Shown one piece after another: positions 36,191 to 49,519 of a stretch of 64,000 nucleotides of DNA (positions within the stretch are counted from its first letter, which is position 1; each line of letters starts with the position of its first letter). Origin of the DNA: Ranitomeya imitator (Eukaryota); contig NC_091283.1 in assembly GCF_032444005.1 (NCBI RefSeq), positions 373,674,001 through 373,738,000 on the forward strand, read 5' to 3'. A program made the translations under genes and the position numbers. The notes below the pieces were generated by a model. It was not told where the DNA came from and did not search any database. It saw only the letters and a program-made list of their open reading frames with translations.

Positions 36191-37362
36191 GTGTAATAGT
36201 ACTGTATCTGTAATACGTATGTTGCAGAACATATGTATGTAATCGACTTGTATGAAGACTGGTGTATAATGTGCGACTGGTGTAAGAACATGTTTCTGCA
36301 CCGTCATATATCTTCACAATAATTTTGTTTTGTCAGGAAGTACTTATCAATTTCGTTTTCTGAAGCATACATATAGGGTCGGTGGTGGCCTCCACATTTG
36401 GTTTCACACTCCTCTCTTTGATGTTTTTACTTGGACCTTGATCCTTCCTGTTCTTCACATTTGTAGCCCCAAACCCAGGAGAGGTAAATCTATTCGTGTA
36501 GATTGCCAATTACAGAGGTCGCCTTTCTGTTGGCAGATGGGCTCACACAATTTAGCAAAATGCATGTTAACTACCTAAATATTATAAATATTGCTTATTA
36601 GTAGAATTTCCAGAACAGTAGGTGCTAGAGAGCTGAAACCTTCCGAAGTGACTGATTTACCTTTTTTATGTGTCAAATTTGTGTCACATTGGTCCAGTTG
36701 TTTGCCCATAAATTAATATTTTCCTTTATAATTTTTTTTTTGCAGATATATGTTGAAAACGGTATGTCGTAGAGTGTTGAAATCTGATGTAAAACCTGAA
36801 GCGTCTGAATTATGTGATAAATTTGTAGCATTTTAGCATGGTCATTTGGCTGTAAATTAATATTTGCTTCTTTCATATTTTTGTCCAATATGTGCAGAAT
36901 GGTAGATCCAAGGGAAGTGAAACCCACTGTGAAACAACACACACACATACTGTGACAAAGTCACTGGCAAAGTACTGGTGGGGAGATACAGTAAGTATCA
37001 CTGCAGTTGTTAGCTTCAGTCATATGAACCTAGGAAAAAGCTCTAGCACACTAGGTGCTGAGAGGGGTTAAGTGCCCATTTTTTGGTCTAGGTTAAGTGA
37101 ACATCTGTAGAGTGGGTGGAGTCCATACACAGCCTTCTGGCTCATTCAGTGTTGGATGTGTCTGGAGGTGCAAACTCTAGAGCTGTATTTTCATAAGGAA
37201 AGCTGAACTTTTTTGTTCGTTCCTGAGCGGGCGGATCCCCGCAGCAACACTGACTGAGCCACACATTGTTTTTGATTTCCCATTAGGCCACAAAGGCCTT
37301 GTTTATTTTGTTAACATTGCACTGGTTTATGCAGTACCTCAATAAACCAGTGGAAGATTTAA

Positions 37363-39900
37363 CCCTTTAGTGACCAAGCCAATTTGGACCTTAATGAACA
37401 GGCCAATTTTTTTAAACTTAACCAGTTTCACTTTATGAGGTATTAACTCTAGAACTCTTCAATGGTTCCCAGTTATTCTGAGATCATTTTTTTGTGTGAC
37501 ATAGTGTACTTCATAATTGTGATAAAATTTGTTCCACAAGTCTACTTTACATCAGCACAATTTTTGAAATATTTTTTTTGTTAGGCAGTTAGAAGGGTTA
37601 AAAGTTGATCAGCAATTTCTCTAACAAAGTTTATAAAACCATTATTTAGGGTCCACATCACATTTGAAGCGACTTGGGGGTGGGGGGCCTATAGGAAAGA
37701 AAATAGCAAAAACGCCCCCCAAGTAACACCATTTTGGAGACTAGATCCCCTCAAGGAATGTATCTTGATGTGTGATGAGCACCTTCAACCCCCAGGTGCT
37801 TCACAGACGTTTAAAATGTAGAGCTGTGAAAATTACAACAAAAAAAACAAACATTTTTCCCACAATAATGTATTTTTAGCATCAATATTTTTTATTTTTA
37901 CAAGCTTAACAGGAGAAAATGGGGCCCAACATTTGTTTTGCAACTTCTCCTGAGTACACCAATACCCCATCTGTGGGGGAAAAGTACAGTTTGAGCGCAC
38001 GGCAGGGCTCGGAAGGGAAGGAATGGTGTTTTGGAATGCATACTTTGATGGAATGGTCTACGGGCGTCATGTCGCATTTGGAGAGCCTCTGATGTGCCTA
38101 AACAGAAAAAGAAACACAAGTTACCCCATTTTGGAAACTATACCCCTCAAAGATTTTATCCAGGGCTATAGTGAGCCTTTTGAACCCACAGGTACTACAC
38201 AGAATTAGATAACATTAGTTTGTATTTTCATATTTCAAATGTTATTGTATTTTTTTCAAAAATGTTGTTTTAGTGCCAAATATGTCATTTTCACAATGAA
38301 TAATAGAAGAAAACAAACCCCATAATTTTTTACGCAATTTCATCCAATACTCCATATGGTCAAAAACTTCTGTTTATGTACATGGCAGAGCTGGGAAAGG
38401 AAAGAGTGCCATTTGTCTGGAATAGATTGTGAATGCCATGTCGCATTTGGAGAGCTCGACATGTGAAAACAGAAGTAATCCTCCCCACAAGTTACCTCAT
38501 TTTGGAAACTAGACCCCTTGAGGAATTCAACTAGTCGTGTACTAAGCATTTTTAACCTACAGGTTATTCTCAAAACTTTATAACATTTAGATATGAGAAC
38601 AAAAAATTACATTATTTCCACTAAAATACTGTTTTAGCACCAAATTTATAATTTAGACAAGGGGTAATGGACGAAATTGGACTCCACAATTTGTTGTGCA
38701 ATTTCTCCCAAATGTGGCGGTACCGCATATGTGGTTGTACACTACTGTTTGAGCATACGGCAGGGATTAGATGATAAGGAGCGCTATTTGACTTTTAGAA
38801 TGCACATTCCGTTTAAATAGATTGTGGGTTCCATTAGTTGAGCCCCTGAGGTGCCAAAACAGCAAAACCTACCCAGGCGACCCCATATTGGAAACTTCAT
38901 TGCCTAAGGAATTCATCTAAGGGTGTAGAGAGTATTTTAAACTCATAGGTGCCTCACAGAATTTTATAACATTGAGATGTGGAAATATGATATTTTAGTG
39001 GTAAAAATATATATATTTTTTTAATTTGCTGCAAATTTTTCGGGTACAGAAGTGTTAATAGGTGAAACTGGACCCCATCATTTATTGCACAAATTCTCCC
39101 AAACGTGGTGATGCCCACATTGTCAGAAATAACTGTTAGGCCAGGTTCATACTGCGTTAAAGCAGCCCGTTCAATGCATAGCGCTGACGGACTGCGTTAA
39201 CGCTATAGCATACACGCCATCACATTATGCTATACTGCTAACGCAGATGATTCATCTGTGCTAGCGCTGCAGCCCGCGTCCGAGGCTCCGTCACTGAATG
39301 TCGACACATCGCTAGCGCATGCCGATTATGGCATGCGTTGGGGATGCGCCCGATAATAGGGGTTAATGGCAGCGTTAATGGACTGCATTACACCGCGTTA
39401 TGGCAGTCTAACGGACTGCCATAACGCAGTGTGACCACAACCTTAGGCCACACGTCAGGGCTGAGAAGGAGGGAGCGACATTTGCCAAGCGCCTAAGGTG
39501 CCAGAACATGAGAAAAACCCAAAAGTGACCTCATTGTAGAAATTGCACCTATCAATTAATTAATCTATGGCGGCAGTGACGATTTTGAAACATGCATGCC
39601 AGGTTTTTTTCTGGAGAATTACAAATATGCCTTTTTAGTGCCCCTATGCAGTGTAGAGCCCCCCCAATATATTGTAGCGCCCGCATACATTGTGCCCAGT
39701 TTGTGCATCTGACGACACATACCCCGTAAATTGCTAAGTGCTCTCTCCCCACTACAATAATGCCAAACATGTGGCTGCTTACTGTCCTTTAGGCACAATG
39801 GGGCTCAGAATGAGGGTACGTGTTTGAGAGCGCAGAATTCACTGGATTTTATTGGAAAGGCAGGAGCCATGTCACCTTTCCAGCAATTTCAAGAACAGAG
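37363..39900. mobile_element. Decayed piggyBac-type non-autonomous element with internal repeats; right end not found
   Basis: TTAA+ccctttagtgacc left end like 19368; recurring ttttggaaact/cccctcaagg blocks. Confidence 0.55.
39139..39442. mobile_element. PIF/Harbinger MITE
   Basis: TTA TSD (39136-38, 39443-45); imperfect TIR ggccaggttcatactgcgtt / aacgcagtgtgaccacaacc. Confidence 0.7.
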
Positions 39901-40739
39901 CTCTAATTTCCCCATCAGAATGGAGTGGTGTTCTTGTGAATGGTCTACAAATGTTGTACAAATACTCAAGTTATCATTATGGAGTATCCCTTTAACTTTA
40001 TAGCTCCAGGTGAAATGAAAAGTATTACATTCTTTTCCTTCATCTGCCATAGGGAAAATTCTTCTTTCCAAGTTATTTTGCAGTTTCTGATGAATGTCCA
40101 GATTTAGGGACTGAATTGCTATTAAAACTTTTGTTCAATTACTGCCACACTTGGTGCCAAGTCTTTTTTAACTACTCTTTCTAAATAGGTTCCTAGATAA
40201 CCTGCCACAGGCACTTTGTTGTCATTCCTAAAAAGCTTGAGTCCTATCTATACAGTAGCAGCACAAGTGTTGAAATGCTAAAAAACATACTACTGATTTT
40301 ACGGATCTTTTTGTGGACAAACTTTTCTGGGGCAATATTTTCAAGCACATAACTATAGCAATAAGATGGATAAAAAGTTTTCTAAATTTTCACATAATGC
40401 AGTTACTATGATTATTCCCCAACAAAAGGTTCATTTTCACAAACAAAAAGTGACCTGACAAATTCTACAAAGTCTGAAATCCATGATATAATTCTCCTCT
40501 GGCTAATTGTACAAAAAGCCTTAATTCTATTGTTAAGGAAGCGAAAAAAGATAGTTTAACTCTAATGCATTTCAGTTTTAAAAGTAAACTTTTATTAACA
40601 ATTAGAAACAACAAGTATTGAGATGCAGTTTTATATATAAATTAATGTGATGTATTCTATTCACTTGACTGATATATAGATGTGATACTTCTTTTCTTGA
40701 CCTACTGATCAGTGAAATATATTCAAAGAAAAAGAGTGG

Positions 40740-42055
40740 CTATTTCCCTTTGTGAGTTTTGTGATGCTTAATAAGATATTTTTTGTGTACAAAACATTTC
40801 CCACATTGTGAACATGAATATGGCTTCTCTCCTCTGTGAGTTTTTTGGTGGTCAACAAGACTGGATGTCCGAGTAAAACTTTTCCCGCATTCTGAACATG
40901 AATATGGCTTCTGACCTGTGTGAGTTCCCTGATGTGTAACAAGATAGGATTTATGGGTAAAACACTTTCCACATTCTTGACATAAAAATGACTTCTGCCC
41001 TGTATGAATTTTCTGGTGTGTAACAAAATTTGATTTATATCTAAAACATTTCCCACATTCTAAACATGAAAATGGCTTCTCCCCTGTATGAATTCTCTGA
41101 TGAGTAATAAGATTTGGCTTAAATCTATAGCATTTCCCACAGTCTGAACATGAAAACGGCTTCTGCCCTGTATGAATTCTCTGATGTGTAATAAGATTTG
41201 ATTTTACTGTAAAACCTCTTCCACATTCTGAGCATGAAAATGGTTTCTCCCCTGTATGAATTATCTGATGTGTAACAAGATTTGCTTTACATGTAAAACG
41301 TTTCCCACATTCTGAACATAAAAATGGCTTTTCTGTTTTGTGAATTTGTTTATGTTTAACAAGATTTAATTTAACACTATAACTTTTCTCACAATCTGTA
41401 CATGAATATGGCTTCTCCCCTGTGTGAAGCCTCTGATGTGTAACAAGATCAGATTTCAGTTTAAAACATTTCCCACATTCCGAACATGAAAATGGCTTCA
41501 CGTCTGTATGAATTATTTGATGCCTAATAAGACTTGCTTTTATTGTAAAACATCTTCCACATTCCGAACAAGAAAATGGCTTCTCCCCTGTGTGAATTCT
41601 CTCATGTCTAGCAAGATTTGCCTTAACTGTAAAACTTCTTCCACATTCTGAGCATGAAAATGGCGTTTCTCCCGTGTGAGTTTTCCAATGCTGAGCAAGC
41701 TGTGATTTTCCTACAAAACATTTCCCACATTCTGGGCATAAAAATGGCTTCTCCCCTGTGTGGATTTTTTGATGTGTAACAAGATGACTTTTCTGGTTAA
41801 AATATTTCCCACATTCTGAACATGAATATTGCTTCTTCCCTGGGTGAGCTCTATTTTTATTTTCTAGAATAGTGTGTGATGAATCAGGAGATATGATATT
41901 TTTAATAGATTCATTTGATATATCTTTGCTGTCAAAGGCTGAGGGTATAGCTGAGTTAATGATACGTTCTTCATAAATGTCTTGTATGAAATCATGATCT
42001 TCTGCTTTAAAATCAAAATACATCTCTTGGACTTCTGTGTTCCTGATACAGTCGC
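40740..42055 (-). CDS. ZNF-B terminal exon: 13 canonical C2H2 fingers
   Basis: 13 CxxC-12-HxxxH repeats with TGEKP-like linkers; acceptor ttttaacAG at 42056-57. Confidence 0.97.
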
Positions 42056-45000
42056 CTGTTAAAAATAAAACTGTTAGGGGTAGGGTCACTTGGGAAATAT
42101 TAAGATAAATTAGAATAAGCATCTTTAGGATGTGATTAACCCAATAATTGATGCCAGAGTGGCTCTTAAAAGGGGTTTTAGCATAGCAATAAATACGTTC
42201 TGTGTAAAATTTCAATTTTTCTTTTAAAAGGAATCTGTCACCTCACTTTTTGGATATAAGCTTTGCCACCGCCATCAGGGGCCCCGGATGTAACCTGAAA
42301 GATAAGAAAAACAAGTTAGATTATACTCACCCAGGGGCAGTACCTTTCCCGGCGCCTGCGCACTGCAGTACTTTGCTATGCCCTCAAGAGGGTAGATAAC
42401 ATACGCCCGTGCAGGTGCCGCGACAGGAAGCAAGGAAGAGGACATCATTGCATGAAGATGGGAGGCGCCAGACCGCGACACCTATCGGACCGGACCGCAC
42501 CGGGACCACCCCTGGGTGAGTATAATCTAAATTGTTTTTCTTATCTTTCAGGTTACATCGGGGGGCTTAACTACATCATTACAGAATGCTGTAGATAAGT
42601 CCTTGATGGTGGTGACAGATATTGGTGATATTTTTATATGCGAAAAATGAGGTGACAGATTCCCTTTAAGTAAATTCAGCCTCAATTATGTGAATATATA
42701 TGGTTACTAGTGATGAGCGAGTATACTCATTGCTCGGGTTTTCCCGAGCACGCTCAGGTGATCTCCAAGTATTTGTTAGTGTTCGGAGATTTAGTTTTCA
42801 TCCCAGTAGCTGAATGATTTACAGCTATTAGCCAGGCTGAGTACATGTGGGGGTTGCCTGGTTGCTAGGGAATCCGCACATGTAATCAAGCTGACTAATG
42901 GGTGTTAATCATTCAGCAGCCGAGATGAAAAATAAATCTCCGAGCAGTCATAAATACTCAGAGACCACCCGAGCTTGCTTGGGAAAACCCGAGCAACGAG
43001 TATACTCGCTCATCACTAATGGTTACTACTCACCCGGATGATTATGTGTAGGAATCTCCTCTTTACACCACTCACCACCCCTCACATATGTCTTTGTAGT
43101 ATTATCATGGGTCAGATTTTCACCCTGAAACAAATATTGTACAAGTCACAGACAGATGGAGAAGTCCCATCTATGATCAGCTCTAATCCTGCCATCTCCA
43201 TCGTTCTCATTACACAAGTATAAAACATGGAATACTGGTGGATAAAAAAGACCTTCATAGTAGAGATGAGAGAATCTTTTGAAATTCAAATTTGTCAGCT
43301 TTGCCAAATTTTCCCAGGAAATTCCACTTTCAGGGCAACTTTCAAGTCGAAAGTACTCTAAAGCCTCCAATTACCCTGAAAAATGTTTATAACACTCCGA
43401 AATCTACTAGAACCCCTTTAAAGCTTTTTAATGCAAATATAACCCTAGTAATGTGAAAGTGACCTAATATACGGCTATGAGTAAATGGATATAATCAGGG
43501 GTAAAAAAAAAAAGTTTTTTTCATGACAAACCTAACTGATAGACTTTTTAAAATAACGGTCCAATAATTATCCATTTTTTATGATAAGACAAACCGTTCT
43601 GTCGCTGCCTGAAAGTCCAGAAGAATGACTGAAATTTCCTGCGTAGGCAAAATTCACTTGGCTCGGTCTTTGGTCCAGGCCAAGCCTTACAATGTATTTT
43701 ATAAATAATGAAAGCAAGGCAGGGGCCTTGATGGTGACCATTTATTTGGGTGTCACTGCCACCATGGTGACCAGATCATAGATAAATTAGAATCCAAGTT
43801 TGCTTTCTTGATCGATTACTCTCTTCAATCTGGTGAGGTAGTGACAGAAAATAACAATATAGCCTTTTTTGTTACTTGCCCTGGGCAAAAATCCAGTCCT
43901 GCATAGATGTTCAGATCTGCAAAACTTGGAGATGCCAGTAACACCTTGCCTTGTTGTAGTGGTGCTTCGTCACAGTTCAAAATATTTGATGTAGATCAAG
44001 TATGAAATGCCATACACCAGAGTTCTGTGCCCACAGAAGTGATGGATTTGTGTGGAAAAAATGTAATCATTTTGGGCCCAAACCTGCACAGGGGCCAACC
44101 AGGGGGTACTACATAATTATATGTTTACAAAATCCAAAAATAATAAAGATGATGAAATGCTAATAATGATCATCATATTTAATATTTTCTTTGCAAACAA
44201 GCCCCAAGAAAGTATTAAGAACAAGTATAGAACAATGTGAAACAACGGTTGTAGGCCCATAGATTGTGGTCCATGAAAAAGCCATGAGAAAGCACCATGG
44301 AAACCTAACAGACGCAGGACAACAGTATAAATTTACCGGTTGTTCCTTCATCCCTTGTTGCATTTTTATCAGCATGTTTTCTAATATGATTATGATGGGC
44401 AGCCAGGGCAGTAGGATAAGTTTGAAAGTTTCTATTCTTATTCCAATCCTTGTTGCATCCTTCTCAGTGTTTTTTTCCAATTCAATAAGCTTAGCAGCCT
44501 CTTTGAAGGCTTACTCCAAAGAGTTGCCTTGAGCAACATCTTCTTCCCAAGGGTATATTTGTGTAAAAAATGCTGCACAATCAAATTGAGGATGTATCAT
44601 CTGGGATATGTGTTATTTTGTCCAAACCTAGCCAATGTTTCTGCCATTGTCGCTTACTAAGTTGCCCAGTTGTAGTTGTTGGTGAGCCAATCACTGGGAC
44701 CTTTTCTACTCAGTGCAGAAGAGCAACTCCTCTGTCATATGGGTTTGACACCTATGCTCATGAGAAATAAAACATCTAAGGTGGTGAGTGGATGCAATGT
44801 TCTTCCCTGTTGTTGCTGGGGATGGGGAGATATCCATCTTAAATACTTGAGAGGATGTGAAATAAGTGCCTCCCGATACTGCAACAAGAACTATTTCTCA
44901 ACCCTTGTAGCCTGATCATCTAACCTCCTTGTGGTTGGAGACTGCGAGATGTCTATTGAGGATGATGTGAATAAGGTCCAAAGGCACTGACTGATATGGA

Positions 45001-46638
45001 ATCAGACCCAGTACGCAAAACGTAGAGGTGTCACCACATGGTCTGCTTTAGTGGTGAATTTTTATCATTCAAATCATTGTACTTTACCTGATTGTAATTG
45101 CTGCACAATAACAATTCCATGCATCACTCACAGTTTCCGAAGGAATTTCTTACTTTGAAAAATCGTGGAAGCTAGGTTTCCTCCATTGAAGCGGAGCATT
45201 CACAAAAATGCAGTAGAATTCACATGGTCTCGTGCTGCAGATCCTGCACACTGCAATAGATTGGGTACTTTGGCAACACAGAAAAGAATTCTCATACCTG
45301 ACACGAGAGTACATTGTCAGTCAATGTCAGTGCCCTTATTAACATGGCTACCATTGCCAAAAGTACTATTAACCATACAGCTACACATTTAGTTCAGATC
45401 TTCCACCTACTTTGCTCCATCTCATCCATTGCATCACCAGAAAGAAGTTGTTGTAAAGTATCTTCCTTAGCACTGGGAGTGCATTTGAAAAGATTAACTG
45501 TGATGGTGTTGAAAGAGGAGGAATGTGTAAAACTCTGAATCAAACTGATGGTGGCACTGTCAGAGGTAACATCGTTCTGTTATGATTGACTTGAGTCCTT
45601 TTCATCCTCTGCTCACACATTCTTATTGCCAGCGTCTCTCATCTAACTAGGCACGCTGATTGGATGTGAATGCTGCAAATAAATTATCGGAATGCCTGCC
45701 CACCTCTATCCGAATTCATCTGATCCTTCCCTGGCTGATCAAATCACCTACAATGTATGAAACAGTGGCCAAAATTGTAAGTAGTTTGTGTGAAGCAAAT
45801 TGCATATAATTAAAATTTCGCTCATCTCTACTTCACAGCTGTCTACATATCATAGGGAAGATTTCATGACACCTTCTCTCCATCTACATGATGATCTTGA
45901 GGAACATTGGGATTTTCTTGTTTACAGTCCAGTGGAAGAAGATGGTGACATCTCTCTGGTGTTGTCCTCTTACTGGATAAAACTAGAGGAAACACATACA
46001 GGGACTGAATTCATTCTTAAAATACAGATAATTATAGTACATGTGTATGTAGTCCTGTCTATTACCTGGTGATGTGAGGAGCTGGGTATCCTCCATCATG
46101 ACGTCCTTGTACAGATCTTTATGTCCTTCTAAATACTCCCACTCCTCCATGGAAAAATAGACAGCGACATCCTGACACCTTATAGGAACCTAACACATAC
46201 AATAATAGGGTCATACTCCCGATCCCTTTATAGCGTTCATGTATAATGTCCCAGCAATCTCACCTCTCCAGTCAGCAGTTCAATCATCCTGTAGGTGATT
46301 TCTAGGATCTTCTGTTCATTGACGTCCTCATGTATCAGGAGGTGAGGTGGAGGCTCCGTGATTGGTCTCAGGTGTCTTCCCCATCCCTCAGACTCATCGG
46401 TTTGACAGCACTCACTAGAGGTCTTCTTAATTACTGTGTAATCCTGGTTATGAAGAGACAATAAATTACACTAGAGACATTTCTAGAGTCCTCACCTTCT
46501 GTTCATCTGTTATTCCCATAGATAAAAATGATGTAATGTGATGTCATCACAATCTCTCACCTCTCCAGTAAGCCGAAAGAGGATCTCTAGGGTGAGGTGT
46601 AATAACCTCTCCACCATCTTGTCCCTGTTCCTATCCAT
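40740..46638 (-). CDS. ZNF-B: KRAB-like/C2H2 zinc-finger gene, 627 aa, apparently intact
   Basis: Exons 46638-46561, 46443-46264, 46189-46066, 45982-45888, 43124-43034, 42055-40740; all GT-AG; total 1884 nt in frame. Confidence 0.92.
42228..42665. mobile_element. T2-family MITE, related to 11379-11967
   Basis: TTAA TSD (42224-27, 42666-69); TIR a(a/g)ggaatctgtcacctca. Confidence 0.85.
42708..43018. mobile_element. hAT-type MITE, 311 bp
   Basis: TIR tagtgatgagcgagtatactc; 8-bp TSD ATGGTTAC (42700-07, 43019-26); the paralogous ZNF-A intron shows the empty site at ~30698-30705. Confidence 0.92.
43600..45600 (-). pseudogene. Heavily decayed hAT (ZBED-like) transposase in ZNF-B intron 4
   Basis: Mixed-frame remnants: [47 protein letters not shown]; boundaries approximate. 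Confidence 0.55.
46066..46189 (-). CDS. ZNF-B KRAB-A-like exon
   Basis: [33 protein letters not shown]. Confidence 0.9.
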
Positions 46639-46937
46639 CCTTGACGGGTCAACCAGGATAATTCTCTTATATGGAAAATCTCCACTGAGAAGATCCAATA
46701 TAGTAGGGACCTGAATGGGAAAAAGATGCAACATCATTAAGTTCCCATGTAATAATTCAATTACTGGAGATAAGGGGGAAACATAGGAGGAGATAACATG
46801 TAAATGCTTTAGTCTCTTTCCATGGACTGAAACATGAGCTAAAAATCTTGTCAATGTAAATCCTCCATATTTGAGATCAAAGCATCTTCACATTACCACT
46901 ACAACCAATGGTTATTGCACAGGTGATGCTGCATATA

Positions 46938-48125
46938 CAGGTGCTTCTCACAAAATTAGAATATCAAATTTATTTTATTCTTCAATAAAAAAGTGAATCT
47001 CATATATTATATAGAGTCATTATAAACATAGTGATCTATTTCAAGTGTTTATTTCTGTTAATGTTGATGATCATGGCTTACAGCAAATGAAAACCCAAAA
47101 TTCATTATCTCAGTAAATTAGAATATTTTCTAACACCAGCTTTAAAAATGATTTTAAAATCCGAAATGTTGGCCTACTGAATTGTATGTTCCGTAAATGC
47201 ACTCAATACTTGGTTGAGGCTCCATTTACATCAATTACTGCATCAGTGAGGCTTGGCATGGAGGCCATCAGCCTGTGGCACTGCTGAGGTGTTATGGAAG
47301 CCCAGGTAGCTTTGATAGCAGCCTTCAGCTCGTCTGCATTGTTGGGTCTGGTGTCTCTCATCTTCCTCTTGACAATATCCCATAGATTCTCTATGGGGTT
47401 AAAGTCAGGCGAGTTTGCTGGCCAATCAAGCACAGTGATACTGTTGTTTTTAAACCAGGTAATTGGTACTTTTGGAAGTGTGGACAGGTGACAAATCCTG
47501 CTGGAGAATTAAATTTCCATCTCCAAAAAGCTTTTCGGCAGAGGGAAGCATGAAGTGCTCTAAAATTTCCTGGTAGACGGCTGTGCTGACTTTGGTCTTG
47601 ACAAAACACAGTGGACCTACACCAGCAGATGACATGGCTCCCAAAACCATCATTGAGTGTGGAAACTTCACACTAGACCTCAAGTAGCTTGGATTGTATG
47701 CATCTCCACTCGTCCTCCAGACTCTGGGACCTTGCTTTCCAAATGAAATGCAAAATTTACTTTCATCTGAAAACAACACCTTGGACCACTGTTGGAGCAA
47801 CAGTCCAGTTATTTTTCTCCTTGGCCCAGGTAAGACGCTTCTGGCCTTGTCTATTGGTCATGAGTGGTTTAACACAAGGAATGCGACACTTGTAGCCCGT
47901 GTCCTGGATACATCTGTGTGTGGTGGCTCTTGAAGTAATGACTCCAGAAGCAGTCACGGGTTTTCATTGGCTGCAAGCCATAATCATCAACATTAACATA
48001 AATAAACACTTGAAATAGATCGCTTTTGTTTGCAATGACTCCATATAATATATGAGTTTTACTTTTTGTATTTAAGAACTGAAATAAACATTTTCATGAT
48101 ATTCTAATTTTGTGAGAAGCATGTG
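46938..48125 (-). mobile_element. Tc1 element, internally deleted
   Basis: TA TSD; TIR caggtgcttctcacaaaattagaatatc; VLFSDESKF and SPDFNPIENLW on the minus strand. Confidence 0.92.
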
Positions 48126-48149
48126 TATGTATGTATGTTTAGAATGAAA

Positions 48150-48717
48150 ACATGTTGGAAAAATACTCCTGAGACTAGGCTAAACTAAGTTTGACAGAAA
48201 GAGAGCAGTGTGCAAAGGACCAGAAACCACACAGTAAGCACAGGACCTGAGATTAGACAGTCACGTGACTGCAGAGGTGTGGAGCTACCACATGAGATGA
48301 CGCGGAGACGGCTGAGAGCGTGGAGCACAGGACAGAGAACAACGACGTAGTCAGTGGTGAGCCGAGGGTCAAAAAGCCAGATGAAAGCAAGGTACCAGGG
48401 ACAGGACCAGAGAGTAAACCAAGATGAGCCAAGGGGTCAGATAACCAGGAAGGACAGAACAGTACCGAGCAGAAAACAGGCAGGAGTCAGGGGACAGAAC
48501 CGGGTCATACACAGCAAAGCACACACACACTGAGGCACAGTGATTACAGAGAGTAACCTGGATCAGCAACCACAAGCTGAGTAAACGGAAGTATCACCGA
48601 CACCTGACCCAGGAACCACAGTATTAAATAGCTGCCTCCGAACCAGAGAGAAGCAATCCTAGTTAACCCTGACCTGACAAGGACGGAGGCTGGATAATCC
48701 CGTCCAGAGTCATGACA
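48150..48717. mobile_element. Probable solo-LTR remnant
   Basis: Ends ...gtcatgaCA; purine-rich repetitive body with a TATA-like tattaaatag; left end unclear. Confidence 0.4.
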
Positions 48718-48759
48718 CCACCAAGATAAAAAAAAAAAAAACAAGAAATACTGGAGGTT

Positions 48760-49290
48760 ACAAAAGGTTTCTTCATCAAACCCACGGACAGGCATAATTT
48801 ATTAAGATTAAAGAGTTATCACCCCAGGAAAATGGTAGAATCCTTGCTATACATCCAGTATTTGTAACAAAATAGTGACAAGTGTAGCCGTGAAGAATCG
48901 TTTCAGGCTATGACATAAATTTAAGGATAGAGGGTATCCCTTACCCCTTCTAAAAAAAGAATGGGATTGATTGAAATACTCTCGTTTACACCAAATGAGA
49001 TCAAAAGTCAAAAGACATTGCGATATTGCTAGGATTGTCAGGCGACATTGGCCCATGTTAGGCAGATGTTTGCCTGACATTGAAGAATTTAAAGACCTTC
49101 AGATTTTGTCATATAAAAGAAATAAAAAACATTAATGTCAGGTTGGTACCCTCTGACATTTGGTTTTTCAAGACGAATGTTCAAACAACTCTTACAACAG
49201 GGTTGTTTAACGTGTTTGAATTGCGTCAACTGTAAATATATGATTGAAGGCAATTGATTATCACATCCTTTCATACAGCAGTTTAACAAG
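48760..49290 (+). mobile_element. Penelope-like RT-linker fragment
   Basis: LSYKRNKNI and CLNCVNCKYM Zn-knuckle-like motifs typical of the Penelope RT-EN linker. Confidence 0.6.
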
Positions 49291-49519
49291 GCAGGTTCCA
49301 TTCAGAACAGGACTCACCATAGTTACATAGGTGGAAAAAAGACCTAGGTCCATCAAGTTCAACCTTTCTCCACCAATTGTACGTTTTGTCACTATTGACC
49401 AAAGAAGTTGAGTGCACATGCTTAGCTTCACATCCAGAGGTTTACTTTCAAGATAGACGCGGTGAGGGGTCAGCCTGTCAGTGCTCAGACCATATGCCAC
49501 ACACTGCATTAAATTGTTT

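Noticed and set aside
34958-36317. Six ORFs of 289-367 aa
   Set aside because: Minisatellite translations; openness in all frames reflects the unit composition.
40740-42215. 491-aa ORF read as a single-exon protein starting at 42215
   Set aside because: The first ~53 codons are intronic; the acceptor at 42056-57 and paralog comparison define the exon.
44630-44680. WLGLDKI read as a fibrinogen-domain motif
   Set aside because: Surrounding frames match hAT transposase (VSDNGRN..THIP..LNLIVQ) instead.
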